In this document: piece by piece, positions 1 to 10,271 of the stretch
Position numbering within the stretch: position 1 is the stretch's first letter
Layout of the letters: each line of letters begins with the position of its first letter
Assembly: GCA_902577945.1 (NCBI GenBank)
Contig: CACHBB010000005.1
Span: 666-64,665, forward strand
From: an uncultured Alphaproteobacteria bacterium
GTDB taxonomy: Bacteria > Pseudomonadota > Alphaproteobacteria > HIMB59 > GCA-002718135
Length of the DNA: 64,000 nt
Direction of reading: 5' to 3'
Notes under the pieces: generated by a model
What the model was told of the DNA's origin: nothing
Database searches by the model: none
The model's input: the letters and a program-made list of their open reading frames with translations, nothing else
Translations under genes and position numbers: made by a program

Positions 1-1
1 T

Positions 2-469
2 TTACTTAAAAATGTAAAATATTATGATTTAAATACTCAAAATTATCAATATCTTGAAAAATTCAATTTAAATATAAACTTTAATAAAGAAAATATAATT
101 AATTCTATTGCAGATTATAAATCAATTCCATTTTACAAATATATTTCTCACACAAAAACACTTAAAAAATTTAATTTGTATTCTGCAGAAATTGGACTTT
201 ATTATTTATCTGAAATACTAAAACCTATATTTATAGTTATGCTTTCATTTGTAGTTCTTGGTTTTTCAGGAAAATATAAAAGAAATGAAAATTTTTTCAA
301 AATATTGTTTATTTCTATTTCAATAGGATTTGTAATATTCTTTTTAAAGGAAATTATTAACAAAATGACTATAACATTATCAATAAATTTTATAATTTCA
401 TATTTTTTAATTTTTTTTATTCCTTTTGTTGTTGGATTGTATCAAGTTATCAAAATTGAAAATGATTAG
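2..469 (+). CDS. lptG: LPS export permease, LptF/LptG (YjgP/YjgQ) family, C-terminal fragment; 5' end lies outside the window
   Basis: The frame is open from position 2 to TAG at 467-469; the TTG at 176 in the ORF track is just an internal codon. Hydrophobic C-terminal helices. Sits directly upstream of lptD. Confidence 0.55.
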   Translation, partial: LLKNVKYYDLNTQNYQYLEKFNLNINFNKENIINSIADYKSIPFYKYISHTKTLKKFNLYSAEIGLYYLSEILKPIFIVMLSFVVLGFSGKYKRNENFFKILFISISIGFVIFFLKEIINKMTITLSINFIISYFLIFFIPFVVGLYQVIKIEND

Positions 470-2714
470 TCTAAAAAAAAATATTTTGATTATAAGTATC
501 ATTATTTTTATATTTATAATTTTTATTCCAAATTTAAATGATGCAAAAGAAATATTAATTTATGCAGATAAAATAACTTATGATGAAGATAAGAATATAA
601 TTGCAAGAGGAAATGCAAAAATCTTTAAAGAAAATCAATTTATAAATTCCGATTTAATAATTTATAATGAAAAAATTAAAAGAATAATACTACCAACTGA
701 ATTTGTTTTAAAAGATGATAGAAATAATTTTTTAAGTGGATCAAATGGATATTTTGAGCAAAATTTAACCTATGGAGAATTTGATAATGTTAAAATAAAA
801 TTAAATGATGGTTCAAGAATAATTGGTGAGAAAGGTAAAAGAGATGGTCATGTAGATATAATTTCAAAAGCAGTTTACACTCCATGTATATCAAGAATTA
901 AAATTGGTAATTTTATTTGTCCTACTTGGCAATTAGAGGCTGAAAAAATTTTGCATGATAATAAAAATTTATTTTTATACCAAAAACATTCTAAAATGAG
1001 AGTAATAAATACACCTGTTTATTATTTACCTTATATGGTAACTCCCTCACCCTTAAGAAAGGAGAGAAAATCAGGCTTTTTAACTCCGTCATTAAATTTT
1101 AATTTCTTTGATTCTAAAACTTCACAGTCTCCATCTTTTCCATATTATTTTAATTTATCAGAAGATAAAGAATTAACATTTACTCCAATCTTTAATTATG
1201 GTGGTGGTGTTGATTCATCTCAAAGATTTAATTTTGATTATAACCAAATAATATCCGGAGGTTATTTTTCATCAGATTTAATATTTGACTCGAATTTTGA
1301 AAATCAGAATAATAATAAATGGTTTTCTGATGCAAGTTTAATAACTACATATAAAAAAAATATTAATTCAAATTACAGGGTTAGTATTGACTCAGCACTA
1401 CAAACATCTAAAAACTACATACAAATAACTCAGCCAAATAGTGATTTAAGTTATACAAACTCATTATCAAATAAAATAAATTTAGAAGGTTTTAATTTAA
1501 AAAAAATAGATGATTATTTATTGATAAATTCCGGTTTTTATTTAACTAATCAAGAAAATGAAGATAATAAAACTAATCCAACAGTATTACCAAATATAAA
1601 ATACTATTCAGGTAATTCAAAAATTAACAATCATAATATTAGTTCAATTTACGAAATTTATAATATATTTAGAGATACAAATACAGATATACATTCAGAA
1701 AATCAGCAAAAGTTTTCTTATAAAATAAATACTTCAAATTTGAATTATAAATTAAATTCTAAAATCAATCTCGAAACTGAGACATATACACAAATATTTA
1801 ATACTAAAAATAAATTAATGGACTCAGATAGTTTTCATACAGGAAGTTATGCAAGATTATTTCCTATTTTAGGTGTATCTATAGAATCTCCATTTAAATT
1901 TAATAAAACTATTTATAATTTTACATATAAACCAAGAACACAATTGATAATCTCTCCAGGTATGTCAAATTCTAACAAGATTTCAAATGAAGATTCATCA
2001 AATAATAGTTTTGCAATTGGTAATGTAATGTCTCTTAATAGATATAGTGGAAGTGATAAGTTGGATAACTCTAAAAGAATTAGTTACGGATTTGATATAT
2101 ACAATGAAAAAATTAAACTTAATTTATTACAAACATATGAATTTACTAATAATAGTAATTTTCACCGAGAGCAAGGAAACGACAAAAGGCTTAGTGATCT
2201 ATTAGGATCATTTGATTTTCAAGATAAAAAGAGTTTTAATTATAACTTTAGATATGATGTAAATGACAACTATTTAAAGTCTCAAAATATTAACTTTATT
2301 TCTCCGACAATTATTGGAGATATAAATTTATCATATCTAGATGAAAAAACAAAAACAGATAATAGTATCACTCAAGATACTGAAACATTAAATTACAAGC
2401 TAAATTCAAAAAAATTTAAAAAATTCTCTAAAATATATTTATCAGGCTTGTATGATTTAAAAAAAGAAATTAATAGTGAATATTCAATTGGATATACTTA
2501 TTTTGATGAATGTTTTGGAATCAATTTGGATTTTAATCGCAAGTCATATGAAGAAGATAATTTAAAACCACAAGACATACTGACATTAATGTTTTCATTT
2601 AAAAATATTGGATCATATAAATCTTCAAACTTAGCTGTTTCAGAAACAGATAAACAGGACATAAGATGGGAAACTGGGGATTCAAATGAAAATTTATTCG
2701 AAATAATAGATTAA
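462..2714 (+). CDS. lptD: LPS-assembly outer membrane protein LptD (OstA)
   Basis: N-terminal signal-like segment (ISIIIFIFIIFIPNLNDA). OstA-like N-domain (ADKITYDEDKNIIARGNAKI). About 750 aa with beta-barrel-like Y/N/S/F-rich composition. lptD-surA-pdxA-rsmA order as in E. coli. The ATG at 462 overlaps the lptG stop; the ORF track starts at 426. Confidence 0.8.
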   Translation: MISLKKNILIISIIIFIFIIFIPNLNDAKEILIYADKITYDEDKNIIARGNAKIFKENQFINSDLIIYNEKIKRIILPTEFVLKDDRNNFLSGSNGYFEQNLTYGEFDNVKIKLNDGSRIIGEKGKRDGHVDIISKAVYTPCISRIKIGNFICPTWQLEAEKILHDNKNLFLYQKHSKMRVINTPVYYLPYMVTPSPLRKERKSGFLTPSLNFNFFDSKTSQSPSFPYYFNLSEDKELTFTPIFNYGGGVDSSQRFNFDYNQIISGGYFSSDLIFDSNFENQNNNKWFSDASLITTYKKNINSNYRVSIDSALQTSKNYIQITQPNSDLSYTNSLSNKINLEGFNLKKIDDYLLINSGFYLTNQENEDNKTNPTVLPNIKYYSGNSKINNHNISSIYEIYNIFRDTNTDIHSENQQKFSYKINTSNLNYKLNSKINLETETYTQIFNTKNKLMDSDSFHTGSYARLFPILGVSIESPFKFNKTIYNFTYKPRTQLIISPGMSNSNKISNEDSSNNSFAIGNVMSLNRYSGSDKLDNSKRISYGFDIYNEKIKLNLLQTYEFTNNSNFHREQGNDKRLSDLLGSFDFQDKKSFNYNFRYDVNDNYLKSQNINFISPTIIGDINLSYLDEKTKTDNSITQDTETLNYKLNSKKFKKFSKIYLSGLYDLKKEINSEYSIGYTYFDECFGINLDFNRKSYEEDNLKPQDILTLMFSFKNIGSYKSSNLAVSETDKQDIRWETGDSNENLFEIID

Positions 2715-2719
2715 ATATT

Positions 2720-3805
2720 ATGTTAAGAGTAATTTTAATTTATTTTGTTATAAATGTACTTCATTTAAATCAAAGTATAGGTCTCGAAAATAAAATTTTA
2801 TTTAAGATAAATAATATTTCCTATACATCTTTTGATATAAATTCTAGACAAGTTTATTTAAAATTTATCGGTGATGAAAAGATAAAAAACATTAATGAAA
2901 TAATTAATGATTTCATCTCTGTGAATTTATTCAGAGAATATAATAAAAAAATATTTAATGATAAATATTTGGAAAGTGAAATTAGAGAGATTTATAATAA
3001 TATTATTGAAAAAAGAAATAACCCAGATGATATTAATTTTAATAATGAATTTAAAAATAATATATTGATAAATCTCAAATTAGATCTGAACAGAAAAAAA
3101 ATACTAGAAGAAATACTTAATACAAAACGAAATATAATTTTTAGTGAAGAAGAAGAAATAGATTTACTATACAATATAGAAATTAACTACGTATCATTTA
3201 AAGAAGAAGAAGATAATGACATTTATAATCAATTAATTAACAATAACTTTAATAATATAATAAAAATACAAGAATTTTTAAATAAAAATAATATTAATTA
3301 TTTTTCTAAAAAAACAGAGATTAATAAAATTAATGAAGTAGATGCAAATATTAAAAATAAGATTCTTACAAATGAACGGTTTTTTATGATTAAAACAAGT
3401 AATCTAATATCTTTTTTTCAAATTACAAAAAAATTTGAAACAGAAGAAGAAATAATTGCTGAAATTTATAGTGTTGAAGTAAGCGATAAAATCAAAAGAG
3501 AAAATATATCATGTGATAATATAGAGAATTTTGATAAAAATATTTATAGAATTAATAGAAAAGAATACGAATACAAAAAGTTAAATAATAAGATTAAAGA
3601 AAATTTAATACAGAAAAATGATTTTTTAATCATTAATAATGAAAATAAAATTACTTATATTTTATTATGTAATTTGAAGTTTAATAGAGAAATTTTGAAT
3701 AATTTTAATTTAAATAAAAAAATAAACAAAATTGTCAGTAGAACAGAATCACAATTTGTTAAAAAATATTCTGAAAAATTTAATCTTATTTATATAAATG
3801 AATAA
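2720..3805 (+). CDS. SurA-like periplasmic chaperone, called by position; highly N/K/I/E-rich with no parvulin motif recognised
   Basis: Occupies the surA slot between lptD and pdxA. Has an N-terminal hydrophobic signal-like segment. No catalytic motifs recognised by eye. Confidence 0.4.
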   Translation: MLRVILIYFVINVLHLNQSIGLENKILFKINNISYTSFDINSRQVYLKFIGDEKIKNINEIINDFISVNLFREYNKKIFNDKYLESEIREIYNNIIEKRNNPDDINFNNEFKNNILINLKLDLNRKKILEEILNTKRNIIFSEEEEIDLLYNIEINYVSFKEEEDNDIYNQLINNNFNNIIKIQEFLNKNNINYFSKKTEINKINEVDANIKNKILTNERFFMIKTSNLISFFQITKKFETEEEIIAEIYSVEVSDKIKRENISCDNIENFDKNIYRINRKEYEYKKLNNKIKENLIQKNDFLIINNENKITYILLCNLKFNREILNNFNLNKKINKIVSRTESQFVKKYSEKFNLIYINE

Positions 3806-4805
3806 ATACATAGCTGTTACGTTGGGAGATATTAATGGTATTGGTATAGAAATATATTTAAATATTTTAAAAAAAAATAAAAATAATAATTTTATACTTT
3901 TTACAAACTATAAATTAATATCAGACTATCTTAAAAAGAATAATAATAATCTTAAAATTAATACTGCAAACATTTTTAAAGAAAAAATTTATTTTAAGAA
4001 AAAACATTTAAATATTTTTAATTTTGATGCCACAACACCTGAAGAAAATACTTTTAAATCTCTTAAAATTTCATATTTAACTGCAAAAAGATTTCAATTT
4101 AAAGGAATAGTAACATTACCACTTAGAAAAGATTTAATAATTCAAAATGTGTATTCTAAATTTATTGGTCAAACTGAGTATTATCAAAAACTTGATAAAA
4201 AAAATATTTCTAATATGATTTTATATCATAAAAAAATTATAGTATGTCCTTTAACTACTCATCAAAGTATAAAATCAATATCTAAAATCGTAAGTAAAAA
4301 AAATTATATTTATGATAAGATTTTATCACTTTATAATACTTTAAAGTATGATTTTAATATAAAAAAACCAAAAATCTTAATTTCAGGACTTAATCCGCAT
4401 GCTGGAGAAAATGGAAATATAGGACAAGAAGAAATTAATATAATTGAACCATCAATAAAGAAAATAAAAAAGAAAAATATAAGTATTACTGGACCAATTT
4501 CAGCAGATAGTATGCTTATTGAAAAGAATTTAAACTTATATGATTGTTTTGTTTTTATGTATCATGATCAAGCATTAATACCATTTAAATATATAAGTAG
4601 ATTTTCAGGTGTAAATTTTACAGGTAATTTAGATGTTATTAGGGTATCACCTGATCATGGAACTGCCTACAATCTTAAAAATTCAAAGAATGTTTCCGAT
4701 AAGTCTATTTTAAATTGCTTTAATTTAATTAATCAAATTAGTATTAATAGAAAATTTAATGATAAAAGAAAAAATAAAAAAATCCTTAAGTCAAAATTTT
4801 ATTAA
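3798..4805 (+). CDS. pdxA: 4-hydroxythreonine-4-phosphate dehydrogenase PdxA
   Basis: Motifs GDINGIGIEI, GLNPHAGENG, MYHDQALIPFK and SPDHGTA. Conserved position before rsmA. Confidence 0.85.
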   Translation: MNKYIAVTLGDINGIGIEIYLNILKKNKNNNFILFTNYKLISDYLKKNNNNLKINTANIFKEKIYFKKKHLNIFNFDATTPEENTFKSLKISYLTAKRFQFKGIVTLPLRKDLIIQNVYSKFIGQTEYYQKLDKKNISNMILYHKKIIVCPLTTHQSIKSISKIVSKKNYIYDKILSLYNTLKYDFNIKKPKILISGLNPHAGENGNIGQEEINIIEPSIKKIKKKNISITGPISADSMLIEKNLNLYDCFVFMYHDQALIPFKYISRFSGVNFTGNLDVIRVSPDHGTAYNLKNSKNVSDKSILNCFNLINQISINRKFNDKRKNKKILKSKFY

Positions 4806-5484
4806 AGATCAAAATATTTGTGAAAAAATTGTAAATCTTATTACAATTAAAAATAACTTTATTATTGAAATAGGCCCAGGTTATGGAAATTTGACAGATT
4901 TTATTTTAAAAAAATCGCCAAAAAAATTAATACTTATTGAAAAAGATATTAAACTTTATGAATATTTATTAGAAAAATACAAGAATGTGAAAAATATATA
5001 TATTCTAAATGAAGATGTAATGAATTATAATTTTTGTAACCATAAAGATTATAAAATCATTTCCAACCTACCTTATAATATAAGTAGTAAAATTATTTTA
5101 AAACTCTTAAAACTCTCAAATAATATATCTGAAATTGTAGTTATGATACAAAAAGAAGTAGCATTAAAGTTTGATTATAAAATTAAAAAACCTAATAAAT
5201 ATAAATTTATTACAAAAATAAGTGCTGAATACAGTAGATGTTTTGATGTTTCAGCTAATGTCTTTATTCCTAAACCAAAAGTTAAATCCACTGTTGTGAA
5301 ATTCATTTTAAAAAAAAGTAAAATTAATTGGAAGAAATTGACTGAATTCAATACATTAATCTTTAAAAATAAAAGAAAAAAAATTTATAATAATTTAAAA
5401 ATTACAAATAAAAATAATTTATATAATAAAAGAGTTGAAGAATTGAGTTTTAATGAATTATTAACTATATATAATTCTTTTTAA
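4759..5484 (+). CDS. rsmA: 16S rRNA (adenine1518/1519-N6)-dimethyltransferase RsmA/KsgA
   Basis: N-terminal KKSLSQNFIKD (GQNFL-like). SAM motif EIGPGYGNLT. NLPYNISS motif. Overlaps the pdxA 3' end by 47 nt. Confidence 0.85.
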   Translation: MIKEKIKKSLSQNFIKDQNICEKIVNLITIKNNFIIEIGPGYGNLTDFILKKSPKKLILIEKDIKLYEYLLEKYKNVKNIYILNEDVMNYNFCNHKDYKIISNLPYNISSKIILKLLKLSNNISEIVVMIQKEVALKFDYKIKKPNKYKFITKISAEYSRCFDVSANVFIPKPKVKSTVVKFILKKSKINWKKLTEFNTLIFKNKRKKIYNNLKITNKNNLYNKRVEELSFNELLTIYNSF

Positions 5485-6078
5485 ATTTTTATCTAAATTA
5501 ATTTTATTTTTATGGTTCATCAGATCAAATTCAATATATTTTTTGATATTATTAACAGTTTCATGAATATTTTTATTAATTAAAACATGTTTATATTCTG
5601 TATAATGCTTCATTTCTTTAATAGCATATGACAATCTTAAGTTTATTTCTTTGGGATTATCTCTGCCTCTTTTCACTAATCTTTTTTTTAATTCAGATTT
5701 TGAAGGTGGTAATATAAAAAAATCTATAATATCATTTTTATCTACTTGCCTTCTAATTTTTCTTGCTCCTTTCCAATCTATATCAAATAACAGATAATTA
5801 TTATTTTTTTTTGCTTGAGTGATATTTTTAAATGGAGAGCCATAATAATTATTAAAATTTTTTGCAGTTTCAATAAAAAAACTTCTATCTTTAAGTTTTA
5901 AAAAATTTTTTTCAGATACAAAAAAATAATCTCTTCCATTAATTTCATTTAACCTTTTATTTCTAGATGTATAGGATATAGAAAGAGTAATATTTTTCAT
6001 TTTTTTTAACAATAATTTACATAAAGTAGTTTTTCCAGCCCCAGATGGCGAAGATATAATAATTAATTTACTTATCAT
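5461..6078 (-). CDS. gmk: Guanylate kinase
   Basis: P-loop SSPSGAGKTT, then the SYTSR..R..E..G.DYFFV pattern typical of Gmk. About 205 aa. Confidence 0.9.
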   Translation of the reverse strand: MISKLIIISSPSGAGKTTLCKLLLKKMKNITLSISYTSRNKRLNEINGRDYFFVSEKNFLKLKDRSFFIETAKNFNNYYGSPFKNITQAKKNNNYLLFDIDWKGARKIRRQVDKNDIIDFFILPPSKSELKKRLVKRGRDNPKEINLRLSYAIKEMKHYTEYKHVLINKNIHETVNNIKKYIEFDLMNHKNKINLDKNLKRIIYS

Positions 6079-7036
6079 TTCTATACTCTCTTAATTTACG
6101 CTTATGTTCTTTAAAGTTCTTAGAAAAAATATGTTTATTGTAATTTTCATTAAAAAAATAGAATAAAAAATCTGTTTTATAATTTTCTAAAATTAATTCA
6201 ATTGTTTTAGTTCCAACATATGCAATTGGTCCAGGAGGAAGTCCATTAATAACATATGTGTTATAAGGATGTTGAACTTTTAAGTCGCTATAGCTTAGTT
6301 TTCTACCTAAATTATAATTACCATTGGTTAAAGCAAAAATGACGGTAGCATCTATTTGTAATTTAATTTTGTCATTTAATCTGTTGATTATTACTGAAGA
6401 AATTTGTTTTTTATCAAAATAATTTAAACCTTCTTTTTCTATTAATGATCCTATTATAAATAACTCTTCAATAGTATATTTATCCATAAAAATATTATTT
6501 TTGATATTACTGATATATTTTTCTTTATGTTTAGTTAATTTAAGATAAAATTTATCAAATTTTTCATACTTATTAAAAAAATAAGTATCAGCAATAATTT
6601 CATCATACTCCATAATCTGAAATTCATCAAAGTATTTTGATAATTCTATATAAAGATCTTTTTTAGACCACCCCTCAACTATTGTTATTTTATTAAGTAT
6701 ATTACTTGGTTTGGATATCACATTTAGAAGCTCTATAAATGTAATTGTATTTTTAATATTAAAATGTCCATAATGTATTTTTTTTTTACTATAGATTGAA
6801 TTTATTCTATAAAATAATTTGAATATAGTTATTTCTATTGGACTTAATTCATAAAAGTTATTTAGAATTAAATTATTAAAATTTTCACCTTTTTCAATGA
6901 ATAAAACCTCCTTTTTAAAATGTAATTCTTTGTTTATTAAAAAATAAAATAAAGAAACAAATACTAAGAAAATTATTACTAATATAATACTAAAACTTTT
7001 TAAATAATAATGCAGTATTGGTTCCTCCAAACCCAA
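6068..7036 (-). CDS. mltG: Endolytic murein transglycosylase MltG (YceG-like)
   Basis: Single N-terminal TM helix. C-terminal YNTYVINGLPPGPIAYVG motif typical of the YceG family. Follows fabF as in many proteobacteria. The start (TTG at 7036) is uncertain. Confidence 0.8.
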   Translation of the reverse strand: MGLEEPILHYYLKSFSIILVIIFLVFVSLFYFLINKELHFKKEVLFIEKGENFNNLILNNFYELSPIEITIFKLFYRINSIYSKKKIHYGHFNIKNTITFIELLNVISKPSNILNKITIVEGWSKKDLYIELSKYFDEFQIMEYDEIIADTYFFNKYEKFDKFYLKLTKHKEKYISNIKNNIFMDKYTIEELFIIGSLIEKEGLNYFDKKQISSVIINRLNDKIKLQIDATVIFALTNGNYNLGRKLSYSDLKVQHPYNTYVINGLPPGPIAYVGTKTIELILENYKTDFLFYFFNENYNKHIFSKNFKEHKRKLREYRNDK

Positions 7037-8240
7037 ATGAATTACTTAATGCATAATTAATTTCTTGTTGAGCAGATTGTTTCGAAATTAAATTTATACC
7101 ATCAGAGTCAATCGGATTATCTAAATTAAGAGTGGCGGGTAAAGTATTTTCTGTAATTGCTAAAATTGAAAATATTGATTCTACACTACCTGCAGCTCCT
7201 AAAAGATGGCCTATTGAAGATTTGGTAGAGCTTACATTCACTCCTTTATCAAATAATTTTTTAATTGCATTTAATTCTATCTCATCACCTTTAATAGTGG
7301 AAGTACCATGAGCATTAATATAATTAACTTGATCTGTATTTATTTTTGCCATTCGTAACGCCTCTTTCATTGCTCGATAACCACCATCACCATCTTCAGA
7401 TGGCGAAGTTATATGATAAGCGTCTCCTGACATTCCATAGCCAATAAGTTCTGCATAAATCTTTGCACCTCTTTTTTTAGCAGACTCTAATTCTTCAAGA
7501 ACTAAAATACCTGAGCCCTCTCCCATTACGAAGCCATCCCTATCTTTATCCCATGGTCTCGATGCAATTTCTGGATTATCATTAAATGAAGTACTCAAAC
7601 TTCTAGCTGCACAAAAACCAGCAATACCTAATCTGCAAACCGCAGCTTCTGATCCACCGGCTACCATAATATCGCAAGCACCTCTTTTTATCATCTCTCC
7701 AGCATCACCAATTGAATGGGCTCCAGTAGCACAAGCTGTAACTACTGAGTGATTTGGACCTTTAAATCCATATTTAATTGAAATTTGCCCTGATAATAAA
7801 TTGATTAATGAAGATGGAATAAAAAAAGGTGAAAGCTTTCTAGCACCCTTGTCATTAATTGTAAGAGAACCCTCGTATATGGTTTCTAATCCACCAATTC
7901 CTGATCCAACTGAGACTCCAACTTTTAATTTTTGACTATCAGATAGGTTATTTAAATTTGCATCATCAATTGCCATTTTTGCAGCAAGAAGGCCGTATTG
8001 GATAAATCTATCGTTTCTTTTGATATCTTTAGAGTCAATATATGATGACTTATTAAAAAAGTTATTGCTATCAGGATCATTAGATAGATAACCGGCTATT
8101 TTACAAGTAAGATCAGACGTATCAAAATGATTTATTTTGGAAATTCCAGATTTACCCTCAATCAAATTACTCCAAGTTGAATTTTTGTCATTTCCTAGTG
8201 TAGTCAATAAGCCTAATCCAGTAACGACAACTTTTCTCAT
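6990..8240 (-). CDS. fabF: 3-oxoacyl-ACP synthase II
   Basis: MRKVVVTGLGL N-terminus, active-site region VTACATGAHSIGDA, HGTST and NSFGFGGTN motifs. 416 aa. Confidence 0.95.
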   Translation of the reverse strand: MRKVVVTGLGLLTTLGNDKNSTWSNLIEGKSGISKINHFDTSDLTCKIAGYLSNDPDSNNFFNKSSYIDSKDIKRNDRFIQYGLLAAKMAIDDANLNNLSDSQKLKVGVSVGSGIGGLETIYEGSLTINDKGARKLSPFFIPSSLINLLSGQISIKYGFKGPNHSVVTACATGAHSIGDAGEMIKRGACDIMVAGGSEAAVCRLGIAGFCAARSLSTSFNDNPEIASRPWDKDRDGFVMGEGSGILVLEELESAKKRGAKIYAELIGYGMSGDAYHITSPSEDGDGGYRAMKEALRMAKINTDQVNYINAHGTSTIKGDEIELNAIKKLFDKGVNVSSTKSSIGHLLGAAGSVESIFSILAITENTLPATLNLDNPIDSDGINLISKQSAQQEINYALSNSFGFGGTNTALLFKKF

Positions 8241-8254
8241 TCAAGAATTAAAAT

Positions 8255-8488
8255 TTATTTATTATTTTCAATATAATCAATGGCGTTTTGTACAGTTTGA
8301 ATAGTTTCTGCAGCATCATCTGGAATTTCAATACCAAATTTTTCTTCAAAAGCCATTACCAGCTCAACTGTATCTAAACTATCGGCACCTAGATCATCAA
8401 TAAACTTTGCTTCAGGTAATACTTTAGATTCATCAATGCCCAAATGATCAACTACAATTTTTTTTACTTGCTCTTGTATTTCACTCAT
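8255..8488 (-). CDS. acpP: Acyl carrier protein
   Basis: [18 protein letters not shown] phosphopantetheine-attachment motif. The internal ATG at 8488 is preceded by AAGGAG with 6-nt spacing. The ORF-track extension to 8539 abuts the fabG stop and is unlikely to be translated. Confidence 0.95.
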   Translation of the reverse strand: MSEIQEQVKKIVVDHLGIDESKVLPEAKFIDDLGADSLDTVELVMAFEEKFGIEIPDDAAETIQTVQNAIDYIENNK

Positions 8489-8539
8489 ATTTTTCTCCTT
8501 ATTTCTTAATAGATTATTAATAAACAAAATGTCAACCAA

Positions 8540-9271
8540 TTAAAACATTAACATTCCCCCATTTATGTTAAAATTTTGGCCAGTAATGTAAGATGATTCA
8601 TCAGATGATAAAAAATATACTAAATTTGCAACATCTTCAGATTTACCAAATTTTTGCATTGGTATTTTTGAAAGAATTTCATTTTTTTGATTATCATTTA
8701 ATTTATCTGTCATTGCAGTATAAATAAAACCAGGTGAGACAATATTTACATTTATATTTCTTCTTGCTACTTCAAGAGCAATTGATTTATATAACCCAAT
8801 CATACCAGATTTTGAAGCAACATAATTTGATTGACCCTGGTTTCCTGTAGTTGCGACAACAGAAGAAATACCAATGATTTTTCCATGTCTATTCGCCAAC
8901 ATATTTGGCAATAATGATTTTATAATAAAATAATTAGAATTAAGATTTGTATTAATTACCTTATTCCATTGTTGTGCTTTCATTCTAAAAATAAGATTAT
9001 CCTCTGTGATACCTGCATTGTTAACAATAACAGAAATATCTTTATGTGTTGATGATATATCTTTGGTTACACTCTCAATATTATTTTGATCAGAAATATC
9101 AATTTTATAATAAAAATTATCATTTCCATATTTTTCTTTTAAGTTATTAATCTTTTCATCGGATGAAGAAGTTAAAATAAGCGTAAATTTTTTAGATAGA
9201 AATTTGTCACAAATAGCAGAACCAATACCTCCGGAGGCACCAGTTATAAATACCTTTTTATTAGATAACAT
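8540..9271 (-). CDS. fabG: 3-oxoacyl-ACP reductase
   Basis: SDR motifs TGASGGIGSAI, NNAGI and YVASKSG. Sits in the fabD-fabG-acpP-fabF cluster. Confidence 0.9.
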   Translation of the reverse strand: MLSNKKVFITGASGGIGSAICDKFLSKKFTLILTSSSDEKINNLKEKYGNDNFYYKIDISDQNNIESVTKDISSTHKDISVIVNNAGITEDNLIFRMKAQQWNKVINTNLNSNYFIIKSLLPNMLANRHGKIIGISSVVATTGNQGQSNYVASKSGMIGLYKSIALEVARRNINVNIVSPGFIYTAMTDKLNDNQKNEILSKIPMQKFGKSEDVANLVYFLSSDESSYITGQNFNINGGMLMF

Positions 9272-9273
9272 AT

Positions 9274-10182
9274 TTATATATCCGATGTTTTTGAAATTGA
9301 TTTAATATCAAATTTATTAGAGATTCTCTTTATTAATCCAGATAAAACTTTTCCAGGACCAATTTCAAATATTTTATTCTCACCTATTTTTTCAAGATTT
9401 TCAATACTTTCAGTCCACCTAACTTTATTTGCCATTTGATTTTTGAGATTATTTTTTAAAACATTTTCATCATTTGAAGCTAAAGATGAATAATTTGAAA
9501 TTATTTTAATTTTATTAAATTTTAAATTTATATCTTCTATTAAGCTAGCAAGAGAATTCTGAGCTCTTTGCATATAACGACTATGAAAAGCAGCAGAAAC
9601 ATTTAGTTTTACAAATTTTTTAATATTTTTTTTTAGAAAAATATTCTCATTTTTATCGATTTCTTCTATAGAACCAGAAATTACAACTTGTAATGGTGAA
9701 TTATCATTAGCAATTTCCAAGTTCATTTTATTTTCAACAATAATTTTTTCAATAGTTTTTGCATTACACCCAATTAAAGCTGCCATTCCTGATTTATTTG
9801 GCTCAACTGCAGTGTGCATAAGCTCACCTCTTTTTATAAGTATTTGACTACATTCTTTCAAATCCATTTTTTTGCTACAAGCTAAAGCAGTATATTCACC
9901 CAATGAATGACCGAGCATAATATCATTTTCTGACAAAATAAATTCTCCATTATTTTCAAGTGTTTTGAAAATAGCGATTGAAGCAGTAAATATTGAGATT
10001 TGTGTAAAATTTGTAAGATTTAATAAGTTTTTATTATCATCAAAAATTATTTTTTTTAAATCAATGTTGACATAATCTGATATTTCTTCAAAAACTGTTT
10101 TAGCGACATTAAAATTATCATGGAAATCTTTGGACATTCCAACAAATTGGCTGCCTTGGCCAGGAAATACAAAAGCTGTCAT
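9274..10182 (-). CDS. fabD: Malonyl CoA-ACP transacylase
   Basis: FVFPGQGSQ N-terminus, GHSLGEY active-site serine motif, AFHS motif. Confidence 0.9.
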   Translation of the reverse strand: MTAFVFPGQGSQFVGMSKDFHDNFNVAKTVFEEISDYVNIDLKKIIFDDNKNLLNLTNFTQISIFTASIAIFKTLENNGEFILSENDIMLGHSLGEYTALACSKKMDLKECSQILIKRGELMHTAVEPNKSGMAALIGCNAKTIEKIIVENKMNLEIANDNSPLQVVISGSIEEIDKNENIFLKKNIKKFVKLNVSAAFHSRYMQRAQNSLASLIEDINLKFNKIKIISNYSSLASNDENVLKNNLKNQMANKVRWTESIENLEKIGENKIFEIGPGKVLSGLIKRISNKFDIKSISKTSDI

Positions 10183-10271
10183 TAATGCTTGATTTATTAG
10201 AAAATAATAATATATGCAAGTCCAACTTCTCTAGTATTATCATAATAATATTAGATTAACCACGGAGTTAT

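Noticed and set aside
8489-8539. 17-codon N-terminal extension of acpP in the ORF track
   Set aside because: The internal ATG at 8488 has a good AAGGAG SD and yields a canonical 77-aa ACP. The extension would start flush against the fabG stop with no RBS.
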